Below are positions 41,989 to 56,183 of a DNA stretch of 64,000 nt, piece after piece. Made by a program: the position numbers and the translations under genes. Location: NCBI GenBank assembly GCA_965215005.1, contig CBDCCZ010000014.1:1-64000 (forward strand), written 5' to 3'. Position 1 is the first letter of the stretch; each line of letters starts with the position of its first letter. Below the pieces are notes generated by a model. That model saw only the letters and a program-made list of their open reading frames with translations, did no database searches and was not told where the DNA came from. Source of the DNA: Kofleriaceae bacterium (GTDB lineage Bacteria; Myxococcota_A; Polyangia; Haliangiales; Haliangiaceae).

Positions 41989-43785
41989 ATGAAACGCAGC
42001 ATCATCTTCACCATCCTCGCATCGTCGTTGGCCACGGCGTGTGCTTCCAGCGACTCTCCAACGCTTCCCATTCGCGACGCGGCCCTCGACGAGCCGGGCC
42101 GGATCTCACTGCAGGTCTCCACCTCGACCGACGACGCAGAGGAGGAGGAGGACGGCGCTGTCGACCTGACCAGCAGCGACCTCGAGCTCGGCCAGGAAGG
42201 CACCAGCCCGCAGCTCGTCGGTATTCGCTTCGGGTCCGCAGGAGTGCCCGGGGGCGCGACGATCACCAGCGCGCGCCTGCAGCTGACCACCGATGAGGTC
42301 TCGACCGCTCCGACGAGCGTGACCATTCAGGCACATCGAAGCGCCCGAGCGAGCGCATTCGCTAGTACAAACCGCAATCTATCATCGCGGCCCCTCACCG
42401 CGGCGAGTGTGAGCTGGGAGCCTGCGTCTTGGCCAACGGTCGGAGCATCGACCGACGCGCAACGTAGCCCTGAGCTGCGCACGCTGCTCCAAGAGCTGGT
42501 CGACCAGCCGGACTGGGACACCAGCAGCGACATCGTGTTGCTGATCGCGGGCACGGGGCGCCGAACTGCCGAGTCGTTCGACGGAAAATCCTCGGCGGCA
42601 CCCCAGCTGATCATTCAATTTGAGGACGACGGTGCGAGTCCTCCGCCGGGGAGCTGCGACGTGCTCACTGAGCCGGGCTCCATCGCCGGCGTCGAGCCCG
42701 AGTCGCTGGCGCAGCTGTCTCCAGTGCGCGATGCCAACGGCACTCTGTACCGCCTGACCGAGAGCGAAAAGAGCGACGGCAACAATCCGCGCATGATGAA
42801 GTCCAGTGACGGCGGCAGCACGTGGGCCGAGGTCGATGCCGCCAATCGTCCCGAAGCGCGCGACCTCGAGGGCCTGTATCAGGTGCAGCACGGCTCAGCG
42901 CTCTACTACTCGATGAATCTCGGCACCCGTACGGTCTGGGTTTCGTTCAACACCAGCGACGCTGCGAGCTCGCCCGATCGCTGGGTCGCGGAGGAAACCG
43001 TTGCCAGTGGATACGACAAGTCGAGCGCTCAGTACTCGTCCCTGGTGCGACTCGACAGCGGCGAGTTCTGGATCTTCTACAGCTTCACCGAGGACGGCCG
43101 CTCGCAGATCGGCTTTCGCAAACGCACGGGCCCCGATCAGTACGGCAGCGAGCAACGGCTGGCGAGCGCCGGCGGCGACTGGTCTGGACCACGCGCGGTC
43201 GCCGCCGGTGATCGCACCTACGTCGTTTACAAGGACGACGCTGGCGACGCGCTGTATCTGCGCACCCTGAGCGCCACCGGAACCTTGTCGTCGCCACGGC
43301 GCGTTGACCAGAACGGCACCAATAGCGTGCCGGTGCCGCACCTCAATCCAGTGGTCTACCAGCGCGATGGCCAAGAGGTGGTGGAGGTAGCCTTCGCCGG
43401 CGCGGATGAGCGCCTGCGCTCGGTTTCGCTGGTCGACGATGAGCTTACGGAGGAACAGCTAATTTCCTCCTCGCCGGTGCTCAGCGATGCCGACGTGGTT
43501 GAGAATGAGGGCGCTGTGGGCAACCTGTCGCGCGGCGGCGATGCGACCTACATCGTCTGGACCGACGAGGGCTCGGGCGACATCCTGTGGCGGCGCAACG
43601 CCTCATCTGGCGGCCTCGGCCCGATCGAGACCTTCTGGCAGTCGTCGAACGAGGTCGCGTTGTACGTGTACTGCTCGGTCTTCGAGGACGACGGGTGTCG
43701 CAAGCTTGGGTGCACCTACGACGTCGGTCCGCACGATGATGACGTCGGCCAGATCGAGTATCGCGAGCTCGCGCTTCCCGAGTGA
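41989..43785 (+). CDS. Lipoprotein with N-terminal beta-sandwich module and Asp-box beta-propeller
   Basis: Lipobox ATAC; SSDLELG..VGIRF..ATITSARLQ module; KSSDGGSTW Asp-box. Confidence 0.78.
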   Translation: MKRSIIFTILASSLATACASSDSPTLPIRDAALDEPGRISLQVSTSTDDAEEEEDGAVDLTSSDLELGQEGTSPQLVGIRFGSAGVPGGATITSARLQLTTDEVSTAPTSVTIQAHRSARASAFASTNRNLSSRPLTAASVSWEPASWPTVGASTDAQRSPELRTLLQELVDQPDWDTSSDIVLLIAGTGRRTAESFDGKSSAAPQLIIQFEDDGASPPPGSCDVLTEPGSIAGVEPESLAQLSPVRDANGTLYRLTESEKSDGNNPRMMKSSDGGSTWAEVDAANRPEARDLEGLYQVQHGSALYYSMNLGTRTVWVSFNTSDAASSPDRWVAEETVASGYDKSSAQYSSLVRLDSGEFWIFYSFTEDGRSQIGFRKRTGPDQYGSEQRLASAGGDWSGPRAVAAGDRTYVVYKDDAGDALYLRTLSATGTLSSPRRVDQNGTNSVPVPHLNPVVYQRDGQEVVEVAFAGADERLRSVSLVDDELTEEQLISSSPVLSDADVVENEGAVGNLSRGGDATYIVWTDEGSGDILWRRNASSGGLGPIETFWQSSNEVALYVYCSVFEDDGCRKLGCTYDVGPHDDDVGQIEYRELALPE

Positions 43786-43990
43786 CCCCGTCATCGGCCG
43801 CAGGGTGGGGGCACAGCGGTCACTGCGGGTACTCACCCCTCGCGTGTGACTACGCCGGCTCCTGCGGCTCTTCGAGCCAGCCCACCAATGGCGCGACTCG
43901 CAACCGATTCTTGCGGCCGGCGGATCGTCTCTTCCTCGGGACCGCACTTTGCACCACGCTTTCCCGAACAGTTTCGCGCGGAGCAGTGTC

Positions 43991-44632
43991 ATGCGTCTTT
44001 TAACGTGTTCGTTCGTATCTTCTGAGGAGTTTCTCTCGCACTACTCCGCGGCGGTTGGCGGCGGCGCCCTCTTCTATCGCACCCGCGCCGCACTAGGCCA
44101 AGGCGAAGCCGTTCTCCTCGAGGTGTCGTTCCCGGGGCTGCCCAACCGCGCCTTGATGCGAGGCACCGTGCTCGAGCGACGGCAACGCAAAGGGTCATGG
44201 GTCCGGCTCGAGCAAGCAGACACGTCGACGTTGGCGTTCCTACTGCATTTTGCGCGCGGCCACTCCGGTGACGGACGCCGGCGCGAGCGGGCCTTCGACC
44301 GGTTTCCAGCCCGCGTTCCGGTAGAGGCGCGCGCGAGTGATCAGCGCGTGGTGATTGGCAGCACCGCGGACCTCGGCGCCGGCGGCGCGTTCGTCACCGC
44401 GGGTGAGCTTCCGGCGGTTGGGACCCAGGTGGAGCTGGTGCTGGGCCCCACCGGCGAGCGACGCGATACCTACCGCGTCACCGGCGAGGTTGCGTGGGTT
44501 TCTGCGGGTCACGACCGCGGCTTTGGCGTCAGATTTCATCCGCGCAGCAGCGCCGATGGCCGGCGGCTCCGCGTCATGCTCCGGCGCGCCTCCGAGTGCG
44601 GCCGCGCGAGCTTCGCGGGCCGCGCCGGGTAA
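43991..44632 (+). CDS. Tandem PilZ-domain protein
   Basis: ERAFDR, DLGAGG, FGVRF. Confidence 0.82.
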   Translation: MRLLTCSFVSSEEFLSHYSAAVGGGALFYRTRAALGQGEAVLLEVSFPGLPNRALMRGTVLERRQRKGSWVRLEQADTSTLAFLLHFARGHSGDGRRRERAFDRFPARVPVEARASDQRVVIGSTADLGAGGAFVTAGELPAVGTQVELVLGPTGERRDTYRVTGEVAWVSAGHDRGFGVRFHPRSSADGRRLRVMLRRASECGRASFAGRAG

Positions 44633-44770
44633 CGCCGAAGCGAGCGTCACGCCGAAACGGCGAAGCGGCCGCTAGCACGTCTCAACGACGCAGCGCGGCC
44701 GCTCGATTGGATGCATCAGCGGCCGCGTCCTGTCATCGAGGACGTGGCCATCGAAGCGCGCGCAGAAACA

Positions 44771-44935
44771 CTACTGAGCAGGCTGTGGAGCCGGCTGCCC
44801 GGGCTCACCGCAACCGGCGAACAGCTCTTCGTCGCTGGGCGTGGAATGGCGCGACATCACTGCCTTGCGCCGCCGGCCCATGTTCTTGTGGCGGCGTTTG
44901 CGCTTGTTATCACTCTTTTTGGTATCCGATGCCAC
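44771..44935 (-). CDS. Small basic 54-aa protein (below the ORF-track cutoff)
   Basis: GAGGAG RBS, GTG start; MASDTKKSDNKRKRRHKNMGRRRKAVMSRHSTPSDEELFAGCGEPGQPAPQPAQ. Confidence 0.7.
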   Translation of the reverse strand: MASDTKKSDNKRKRRHKNMGRRRKAVMSRHSTPSDEELFAGCGEPGQPAPQPAQ

Positions 44936-44986
44936 TGGACTGCTCCTCGTGCGAGTCGCCTCTTCTATCCAAGCGGGAAGCCGCTG

Positions 44987-47167
<2,181 letters not shown>

Positions 47168-47325
47168 GGCTGCAGCCAACGTGGCTGTGACACAACTTGT
47201 ACCAGGCGCGCGATAACGTCAATGCCAGCCAGTGGTGGCCTGCGGCACTGCAACGCCAACCGCGCCATCGAATCGCCGCCGCGTGCCCTTCGCACAGCGA
47301 GATAGAAGCTCACCCATCGCAGCAT

Positions 47326-48033
47326 TCAGCCATGGGCCGAACGGATCAGCGAACGGGCGTGCTCGACGACCCAGTCGCTCGAGTTCTCCCGCACCAGCGC
47401 TGCGAGCTCGCTCAGCCGATGCGGCACATCGTCGCGCTCCGCCGCGCCGTAGCGGCGAACCAAGTAGACCGCGCGCAATAACCGATACGCAGCTTCGAGC
47501 TCCTCGTTGACGATGAGGTGATCGTAGTCGGCGTGGTGCTCGAGCTCGTCCTTGGCCTTGCGCAGCCGCCGCGCGATGACCTCGGCGTCATCGCTAGCGC
47601 GCCGCCGCAGCCGCGCCTCCAGGGTCGCCATGTCGGGCGGCAAGATGAAGATCTTGAGCGAGTCTGCCGGCCACTGCCCCGATAACGCCCGTCCGCCCTG
47701 CCAATCGACGTCAAAGACGACGTCGCGGCCGCCCGACAGCGCGCGCTCGACCGCGGCTCCGGAGGTTCCGTAGCGATTGCCGTGGACCTCGGCGTGCTCG
47801 GCAAACTCGCCGCGCGAAACCATGGCCTCGAACGCATCTGGAGTCACGAAGCAATAATCGCGTCCCTCGACCTCCCCGGGCCGCGGCGGCCGCGTGGTGT
47901 AGGAAACCGAGAACTCGAGGTTGTCGAACTCGGCCAGGAGGCGGCGCGCCAACGTGGTTTTGCCGGCACCAGACGGCGACGAGATGATCACCAGGATGCC
48001 GCGCCGATTTGGCCCTGCAGAGAAACTCTTCAT
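47326..48033 (-). CDS. gmk: Guanylate kinase
   Basis: SSPSGAGKTT, SVSYTTRPPRPGE, GNRYGT. Confidence 0.96.
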   Translation of the reverse strand: MKSFSAGPNRRGILVIISSPSGAGKTTLARRLLAEFDNLEFSVSYTTRPPRPGEVEGRDYCFVTPDAFEAMVSRGEFAEHAEVHGNRYGTSGAAVERALSGGRDVVFDVDWQGGRALSGQWPADSLKIFILPPDMATLEARLRRRASDDAEVIARRLRKAKDELEHHADYDHLIVNEELEAAYRLLRAVYLVRRYGAAERDDVPHRLSELAALVRENSSDWVVEHARSLIRSAHG

Positions 48034-48905
48034 TCGATGTTCTGAACCTGTTCGCGAACCTTCTCGAGCTCCGCTTTGGCCTCGACCACGATTCTAGCGA
48101 TGGCTGCCGACTGCGACTTCGAGGCGATCGTGTTGAGCTCGCGCCCCACTTCTTGCACGAGAAAATCCAAGCGCCGACCGATGGCGCCCTTGCCGGCCGC
48201 CACCGCTTCGACCTGGCGGAGGTGCGACTCGAGCCGAACCAACTCTTCGGTGACGTCGAGACGGTCGGCGAGCACCGCGACCTCCTGCGCGAGCCGCTGC
48301 TCATCGACCTCGATGTTGCTCGGTACCAACAGCCTGGCGATGCGCTCGTGGAGCCGCTGCCGTCCTTCCTCCGGCGCGGTCTTGGCGAGCTCGGCAACCT
48401 GCCGCACCAGCTCCGCAATATGATGAATCCGCGATCGCAGATCCGCCGCGAGCGCCGCTCCTTCGGTCTCGCGCATCCGCACCAGCCCCGCCAGCGCTTG
48501 CGCCGCAGCCTCGCGGATGCAGCTGGCGACCACCTCGGCGTCCGCCTCACTTTCTTCGTGCACCAGCACCCCGGGCTGCGCGACCACGGTAGCGAGGTCG
48601 ATGCCCTCCAGGCCCAGCAGCCCGGCGACCTCGGAGAGCTCGTCGTGCACCCGCTTGGCGGCATCGCGATCGATGCGCATGACGACCGCCGAGCCGCGCT
48701 GATCGACCCGCACCGAGGCGGTGACCGAGCCGCGCTCCAGCGCTGCCCGAAGTCGCGCGGTGAGCGCTTCTTCGACCGGCGGCTCGAGGCTCGCGCCCCG
48801 CAGCTTCAGATCGAGAAAACGGTGGTTCACCGAGCGGATCTCGACCACCGCTCGGCGTCCCTGCTTCTCGGCCAAGCCGCGGCCGTACCCGGTCATGCTG
48901 CGCAC
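48030..48905 (-). CDS. yicC: YicC/YloC-family endoribonuclease
   Basis: SMTGYG, SVNHRFLD, GRRLDFL.QE..RE.NTI.SK, EQVQNIE. Confidence 0.95.
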   Translation of the reverse strand: MRSMTGYGRGLAEKQGRRAVVEIRSVNHRFLDLKLRGASLEPPVEEALTARLRAALERGSVTASVRVDQRGSAVVMRIDRDAAKRVHDELSEVAGLLGLEGIDLATVVAQPGVLVHEESEADAEVVASCIREAAAQALAGLVRMRETEGAALAADLRSRIHHIAELVRQVAELAKTAPEEGRQRLHERIARLLVPSNIEVDEQRLAQEVAVLADRLDVTEELVRLESHLRQVEAVAAGKGAIGRRLDFLVQEVGRELNTIASKSQSAAIARIVVEAKAELEKVREQVQNIE

Positions 48906-49031
48906 CGATGTTTGTTACCACGCGTATCGGCCCGAGTTGAACCGTGAACACAGCATTACAAGTGTTGCTGGCAGCGACACCCACAGCGGCTTCACAACAA
49001 GCAAAACCATGAACTTATGCGTCTCCGCGCA

Positions 49032-49047
49032 TGGCACGTGACGTGGA
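49032..49047 (+). promoter_or_regulatory. Possible sigma54 promoter with variant -12
   Basis: TGGCACGTGACGTGGA upstream of ATG 49090. Confidence 0.35.
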
Positions 49048-49089
49048 ATAGAGGCCCACGACCGCCATCCTTCACCTGGGAGATCGCTC

Positions 49090-49695
49090 ATGAGACACAC
49101 CGCGCTTTCGCTGCCCATCCTCGCGCTCCTGCTTGCCTCCGCAAGCACCGCCGCCGCGCAACCGGCCACCGTCGCTGCGTATCCGCCGCCCGCGCCGTCA
49201 CCGCAACAACCGGGCTTTGGCATCGGGCTCCACGTCCGCGGCATGTCGCTCGTCGATACGGAAATCGACGAGCCCGAGCCCGAGGATTTTAAAGGGCTCG
49301 GCGGCAGCGGCCTGCATCTCCGCTACCGGCTGAACAAGCGGTTTGGCGTCGAGCTCGGTATGGACGCCTTGGCCAACGTAGCCGAGAGCCGCAAGCATAG
49401 CTCCGTGCAGCTGAGCGCGGTCCTGCACCTCACACCGCGGGGAAACTGGAACTGGTACGTCTTGGCGGGCTTTGGCGGCGGCACAGACGAGATCACCCAC
49501 AGCGGCCACGACTATAAATTCGAACAAGGCAGCGGGCACCTGGGGATGGGGCTCGAGCGCCGCTTCGGTCGCATCGGCCTCGGCGCCGAGATCCGCAGCA
49601 TCGCAGTCGTCCGCGACGAGCATCGACCGGAGTTGGGTCTGCCGGAGGGCAGCTCTGGTGCCACGGTCGATCTCGGCGCGACCTTCTATTTTTGA
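49090..49695 (+). CDS. Outer-membrane beta-barrel protein
   Basis: Signal peptide, amphipathic strands, terminal ATFYF. Confidence 0.82.
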   Translation: MRHTALSLPILALLLASASTAAAQPATVAAYPPPAPSPQQPGFGIGLHVRGMSLVDTEIDEPEPEDFKGLGGSGLHLRYRLNKRFGVELGMDALANVAESRKHSSVQLSAVLHLTPRGNWNWYVLAGFGGGTDEITHSGHDYKFEQGSGHLGMGLERRFGRIGLGAEIRSIAVVRDEHRPELGLPEGSSGATVDLGATFYF

Positions 49696-49792
49696 TATCG
49701 CGGCTATTGTTGCCGGCGCCGCCGCAGCACCCAGCAACGTCGATTAATGCAACACCACGAGGCGTAGGTTCGGAGGTAGGCTGCGCCCTCTG

Positions 49793-51025
49793 ATGCCCCG
49801 TCGAACACGCTGCGCCATCCTCGGCATGGTCTTGATGACAGCCGCTGCGTGCTCCAAGACCCGAGAGGAGCCGCAAGGCGGCGAGCGGACTCGCTTCTGG
49901 CACACGTTCAATTCCCACGAAACCGAGGCGCTCAACGCCCTGCTCGAAGAGAACGACTTGCCCGTCGAGCCCGCGCTGCTGCCGTTTGCTCGCGGCCAAA
50001 CGCTGCTGGCGCAGGTCCTGCGGCGCGCCGAGCACTGTCCCGATCTAGCGCGCATCGATGCCACCTGGTTGCCGGCGCTCGCCGAGGCCAAGCTTCTGGC
50101 TCCGGCGCCGCCAAGCGTTGCAACGCTGCTACCCGAAGCCGCCGAGCTCACACGCTGGAACGGCACCGTTTACGGCATTCCGCAATCCATCGACGGCCTC
50201 GCGTTGATCTACGACCGGGCCGCCATTGATCGCGCTGGCGTAGATTGGCCGCCGCCGACCCTGGGCGCGCTTCTGGCCGCGGCGCATCGGCTCTCCCGCG
50301 GCGAGATCTACGGGCTCGGCATGCGTGTCGATGGCTACTGGTTCTTGGCATTCTTGCGCGGCTTCGCCGAGGCGCTCGCCGAGGCGCCATTTCCCGCGGC
50401 CAATGCAGGTGGCGAATCGATTGCGAGCGCAGCGGCTGCCGAGGCGCTGACAGCGTTTGCAGCGCTGTTCGCCGATGGCGGTGTCGCGCCGCCGCCCCCC
50501 CCCAGCGGTAGCGAGGTGCGCGATGAGATCCTGCGGTTCCGTGCCGGTCAGCTGCCGGTGCTGCTAAACGGCCCGTGGGTCATCGCCGACCTCATCGATA
50601 CGCCCGCCGATATGGAGCGACTCGGCGTCGCGCCGTTCCCACGCGCGCCGCGCGGCGGCCAGGTGCTGATCGTGCCGCGCTGCGCCACGCATTCGAGCGA
50701 CGGCTGGAAGCTCGCCCAAATCCTCACCGAGCCGGCATTGCAAGCGCGCTGGTCACAGCAGTTCGGCACCGTGCCCACGACCCAGCAAGGTCTCGCCGGC
50801 GCCGGTCGACTCGCGCAAGAATTCTATCGCGCGCTGCGCCAGGGCTCGCCGCTCGAGCGCTATCCGGCGGCGGCCCAAATGTTTGATGACCTCACTCCGG
50901 CCGTCGCCGCGGTGGTCGCGGGCGATGCCACTGCCGAAGAAGCGTTGGCTGGAGTCGCGCGCGCCTGGCAGCGACTGTTGGCACGCCACGGCGGCGAGGC
51001 CGGAGCGGGAGACGGAGCTCCATGA
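49793..51025 (+). CDS. Extracellular solute-binding lipoprotein (sugar/MalE-like, family 1)
   Basis: Lipobox AAAC, FWH, PDL, YGIP..LALIYD, NGPW. Confidence 0.85.
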   Translation: MPRRTRCAILGMVLMTAAACSKTREEPQGGERTRFWHTFNSHETEALNALLEENDLPVEPALLPFARGQTLLAQVLRRAEHCPDLARIDATWLPALAEAKLLAPAPPSVATLLPEAAELTRWNGTVYGIPQSIDGLALIYDRAAIDRAGVDWPPPTLGALLAAAHRLSRGEIYGLGMRVDGYWFLAFLRGFAEALAEAPFPAANAGGESIASAAAAEALTAFAALFADGGVAPPPPPSGSEVRDEILRFRAGQLPVLLNGPWVIADLIDTPADMERLGVAPFPRAPRGGQVLIVPRCATHSSDGWKLAQILTEPALQARWSQQFGTVPTTQQGLAGAGRLAQEFYRALRQGSPLERYPAAAQMFDDLTPAVAAVVAGDATAEEALAGVARAWQRLLARHGGEAGAGDGAP

Positions 51026-52782
51026 GGTTTCGCCGCGGCTCGCTCACCACCCGCGTCCTGTTGGTGCTCGCGCTGGCGACCATCACGCCGACGCTGGTGG
51101 TTGGATTTCTGGCCATTCGTCGGGCGCGTCACGATGTCGAGCGCGAGGTCGTGCGCGGCAACTTGGCGCTGATTCGCGCCCTCGGCGCGCAGCTCGACGC
51201 CACGCTGCAGAATGCTCGCCGCACCCTCGAGCTAGGGGCCTCTGCGTGGGCCGATCCGCGCCCCGCCAGCGACACCATCGGCGATTCTGGCGCGACCGAG
51301 CGGCTGCTGCGCCGACTGCGCCGCGAGGTGCCGCTTTTTCAAACCATCAGCGTGCTCGACGTTGACGGCAAGCGGCTGCACGGCGACGCGATCGCCCGCG
51401 ACGTCGGCACCGGCGCCCACACCTTTGGCGGCTATATCGGCGACGCGACGTTGCAAGACGGCCGCCTGCTGATCCCGGTGATCGCGCAAGCGCGGAGCCG
51501 CACCGGCGAGCTCGTCGGCGTCTTCGTCGCGCAGCTCGATCTGCAGTTCGTGTCGCAAGCGCTGGCGAGCGCGCGGCTCGGTCGCGGCGCTCGGTTGATG
51601 GTGGTGGACGGCGAAGGCATCGCCGTGGCGCGCTCCGATAGCCCGATGAACGGCTTTGGGGGCACTCTGCGGCGGACCAATCCGGCGGTCGACAGGGCAT
51701 TGAGCTCCACCGTCGAAGGCTCGCTCGAGTACGCCGGCCTCATCGCCGTCTATCGCAACCTAGCCGGCTATCAGTCGCTACGCGGGGTGCGCTGGGCGAT
51801 CCTACTCGAGCAACCGACCCGCGAGGCCTATGCGCTGGCCTATGCCACCACCACGGATACCATCGTGGCGGGCCTGGGCGTGCTGGCGCTGGCTCTACTC
51901 ATCGGGTTCGTGTTGGCGGCGCGGCTCACGCGACCGCTGCATCAGCTTGCCGAGCACGCCGACGCGATCGCCGGCGAGGGCGGCGATGCGCCACCTCCCG
52001 CTCCGATGGACGCTCCGGGCGAGATCGGCCACTTGGCGCACCGCATCGACGAGATGGCCAAGCGCATCGGCGAGCGCGAGAAGCTGCAGTCGGCGCTGGC
52101 TCGGGGCGACCGATTAGCGACCGTTGGCACCATGGCGGCGAGCGTGGCCCACGAGATCAACAACCCGCTCACCACCATCCTCGGCTACGCCAAGCTGCTC
52201 GCGGAAGACAAACCCGACGATCATCCCGATCGCACCGGACTCGAGCTCATTGCCGACGAGGCAGCGCGCATGAAGACCATCGTCGGCAGCATGCTCGACT
52301 ATTCGCGCGCCGAGCGACCGCGTGCCGACGCCGCCGACGTGGGCGAGGTGACGCGCCGGGTGGCGACGCTGCTGACGCCGCAGCTGGCACGTGCCCGCGT
52401 CGCGCTCGAGCTCGAGCTGGCGACGCATCTGCCGCGGGTCACCGCCGATTCGCACTCGCTGCAACAAGTGCTGGTGAATCTCGTGCAAAACGCCGCGCAC
52501 GCGACGCCGCAGGGCGGCACCATCACCATCGCGAGCCGCTTGGCGCCGGGCCAAATCGCGGTCGAGGTGATGGTGCTCGACGACGGCGATGGCGTCCCAG
52601 CCAGCGACCGCACGCGGGTTTTCGAGCCGTTCTACACCACCAAGGAACGCGGCAAGGGCACGGGTCTCGGGCTCGCGGTCGCCCGGCACTTGGTGACTGG
52701 AGCCGGCGGCTCGCTAGAGGTCGGCGATGGGCCACCGGGACGCGGTGCTGCGTTTCGGCTCGTCCTTCCGCTCGCAGAGTGA
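51022..52782 (+). CDS. Membrane sensor histidine kinase (Cache-HAMP-HisKA-HATPase)
   Basis: Two TMs, AHEINNPL, NLVQNA, DDGDG, GKGTGLGL. Confidence 0.92.
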   Translation: MRFRRGSLTTRVLLVLALATITPTLVVGFLAIRRARHDVEREVVRGNLALIRALGAQLDATLQNARRTLELGASAWADPRPASDTIGDSGATERLLRRLRREVPLFQTISVLDVDGKRLHGDAIARDVGTGAHTFGGYIGDATLQDGRLLIPVIAQARSRTGELVGVFVAQLDLQFVSQALASARLGRGARLMVVDGEGIAVARSDSPMNGFGGTLRRTNPAVDRALSSTVEGSLEYAGLIAVYRNLAGYQSLRGVRWAILLEQPTREAYALAYATTTDTIVAGLGVLALALLIGFVLAARLTRPLHQLAEHADAIAGEGGDAPPPAPMDAPGEIGHLAHRIDEMAKRIGEREKLQSALARGDRLATVGTMAASVAHEINNPLTTILGYAKLLAEDKPDDHPDRTGLELIADEAARMKTIVGSMLDYSRAERPRADAADVGEVTRRVATLLTPQLARARVALELELATHLPRVTADSHSLQQVLVNLVQNAAHATPQGGTITIASRLAPGQIAVEVMVLDDGDGVPASDRTRVFEPFYTTKERGKGTGLGLAVARHLVTGAGGSLEVGDGPPGRGAAFRLVLPLAE

Positions 52783-52792
52783 GGAGATGACT

Positions 52793-54136
<1,344 letters not shown>

Positions 54137-54187
54137 CGCCCTCACCCGCCGCGCCGCGATTGGGTACACTCGGGCCTGGAGGTTTGA

Positions 54188-55579
54188 ATGGTCGCCGTAG
54201 CACCCCATGAGCAATCCGCCGCAGCCACCGTCGCCGCGTTGCGCGACACCTTTCGCCAAGGCACCACCCGTCCGCACCGGTGGCGTGATGGCCAGCTCGC
54301 GGCGCTGCGGGCACTGTTCACTGATCGGCAATCCGAGCTCGAGGAGGCGCTCCACGCCGATCTCGGAAAGTCGCGGTTCGAAGCGTATCTGGCGGAAATC
54401 GCGCTGTGCATCAAAGATATCGATCACGCCCGCGCGCACCTGCGCGACTGGATGCAACCGGAGCGCGTTGCTGCGCCGCTCGCGCTGCAGCCGGCGCGAG
54501 CGCGCATTCAACGTGAGCCGCTCGGGGTGGTCCTCATCATCGGCCCGTGGAACTACCCGCTCCAGCTGGCGCTGATGCCGCTCGTGGGTGCGCTCGCCGC
54601 GGGCAACTGCGCGATCGTCAAGCCCTCCGAAATCGCCGCCAACACCTCGCGGCTGCTGGCCGAGCTGGTGCCGCAGTACCTCGACTCCACCGCGGTGCGC
54701 GTCGTCGAAGGCGGGGTGCCCGAGACCACCGCACTGCTCGCGGAGCGCTTCGATCATATCTTCTACACCGGCAACGGCGCCGTCGGCCGGATCGTCATGA
54801 CCGCCGCGGCCAAGCACCTCACACCGGTGACCCTCGAGCTCGGCGGCAAGAGCCCGACCATCGTCGATGACACCGCCGACCTCGACGTCGCGGCGCGGCG
54901 GATCGTCTGGGCGAAGTTCTTCAATGCCGGGCAAACCTGCGTCGCACCCGACTACGTGCTTGCCCACCAGCGCATTCTCGAGCCGCTCACCCGCAAGCTA
55001 ACCGCGGCGGTGCGCGACTTCTTTGGCGACGATCCGGCGACCAGCCGCGACTACGGCCGAATCATCAATGAGCGCCATCATGCGCGTCTGAGCAAGCTCG
55101 CCAGCGACGGCCGCGCGGTCTGCGGCGGCACCGGCGATGCATCGAGCCGCTATTTGGCGCCAACCATTCTGCGCGACGTAACACCAGAGTCTGCGGTAAT
55201 GCAGGAAGAGATCTTTGGCCCCATCCTGCCGGTGCTATCGGTGGCCTCGGTGCGCGAAGCCGTCAACTTCATCACCGAGCGCGACAAGCCACTGGCTTTG
55301 TATGTCTTCACCAGTGATCGCGAGACGGCGCGGCGAGTCTTGGAAGAGACCAGCTCGGGAGGCGCGTGCGTCAACGACGCCATCACGCATCTATCGGTGC
55401 TCGATCTGCCGTTTGGCGGGGTTGGCGAGAGTGGCATGGGCGCCTATCACGGCCGCGCCAGCTTCGAGACCTTCTCGCATCGCAAGAGCGTGCTCGACAA
55501 GTCGAGTCACCTCGACCTGCCGCTGCGGTATCCGCCCTACGACGACCGCAAGGCCAAGTGGATAAAGCGCCTCATGTGA
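54188..55579 (+). CDS. Aldehyde dehydrogenase (ALDH3-like)
   Basis: PWNYP, KPSE, LELGGKSP, NAGQTCVAPDY, EEIFGP, PFGGVGESG. Confidence 0.95.
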   Translation: MVAVAPHEQSAAATVAALRDTFRQGTTRPHRWRDGQLAALRALFTDRQSELEEALHADLGKSRFEAYLAEIALCIKDIDHARAHLRDWMQPERVAAPLALQPARARIQREPLGVVLIIGPWNYPLQLALMPLVGALAAGNCAIVKPSEIAANTSRLLAELVPQYLDSTAVRVVEGGVPETTALLAERFDHIFYTGNGAVGRIVMTAAAKHLTPVTLELGGKSPTIVDDTADLDVAARRIVWAKFFNAGQTCVAPDYVLAHQRILEPLTRKLTAAVRDFFGDDPATSRDYGRIINERHHARLSKLASDGRAVCGGTGDASSRYLAPTILRDVTPESAVMQEEIFGPILPVLSVASVREAVNFITERDKPLALYVFTSDRETARRVLEETSSGGACVNDAITHLSVLDLPFGGVGESGMGAYHGRASFETFSHRKSVLDKSSHLDLPLRYPPYDDRKAKWIKRLM

Positions 55580-55689
55580 GCCCGAGCCGCTCGTGGTGGG
55601 AGTTGATGTGGGCGCCGCCCTGTGGCCTCTCACTCGTAGTGTTTATGTCCCGCCACAGCGGCTGCAGTGACCCGCGCAGACCTCGCGCC

Positions 55690-55857
55690 ACCCAAATCGG
55701 CGAAGTCGAGATGCTGCGCGCAGGCGAGGTAATAGAGCTCGTCGCGGAAATAGCCATAGCCACGAGCCGTGAGCAGATGCGCCACCGTGGTGGTCGCAGC
55801 GAGTGCCAAGAGAAGCGGGTCGAAGCGATCATGGGTGTTGCCGAAGCAGCGTTGCAT
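55690..55857 (-). pseudogene. 5' fragment of a GT39/PMT-like glycosyltransferase gene
   Basis: HLLTARGYGYFRDELYYLACAQHLDF matches the family N-terminus, then similarity stops. Confidence 0.65.
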
Positions 55858-55940
55858 GGGAAGGCTCCGGCGCAGCCGCGCCTGCGAGGGATTCTACTTC
55901 GGCAACGCGCGGCTATACAGCAGTGAGCGCCGCTGGCGCC

Positions 55941-56183
55941 TCACGAGCGCATCAGCGCCTGCGAGCTCGCAGGCTCATCGCCAAGCGACTGATGAGGTCG
56001 CACCCGCGCGTGCTCGGCGCACCAACAGAGGTCACAGATCTCGAACTCGACCATCCCAGCGCACCACGGAATGCTGCGTGTGCAGCGATTGCAGGTAAAG
56101 CGCGCCCCAGCGCACTCGCCGCACGGACACACGTCGTCGCTGAGGCGATCGCCGCTCAATTGGTCGAGGGTGTTGTCGATCAT
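55941..56183 (-). CDS. Small Cys-rich putative metal-binding protein
   Basis: CPCGEC, CNRC, WC, CDLCWC..H within 80 aa. Confidence 0.5.
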   Translation of the reverse strand: MIDNTLDQLSGDRLSDDVCPCGECAGARFTCNRCTRSIPWCAGMVEFEICDLCWCAEHARVRPHQSLGDEPASSQALMRS

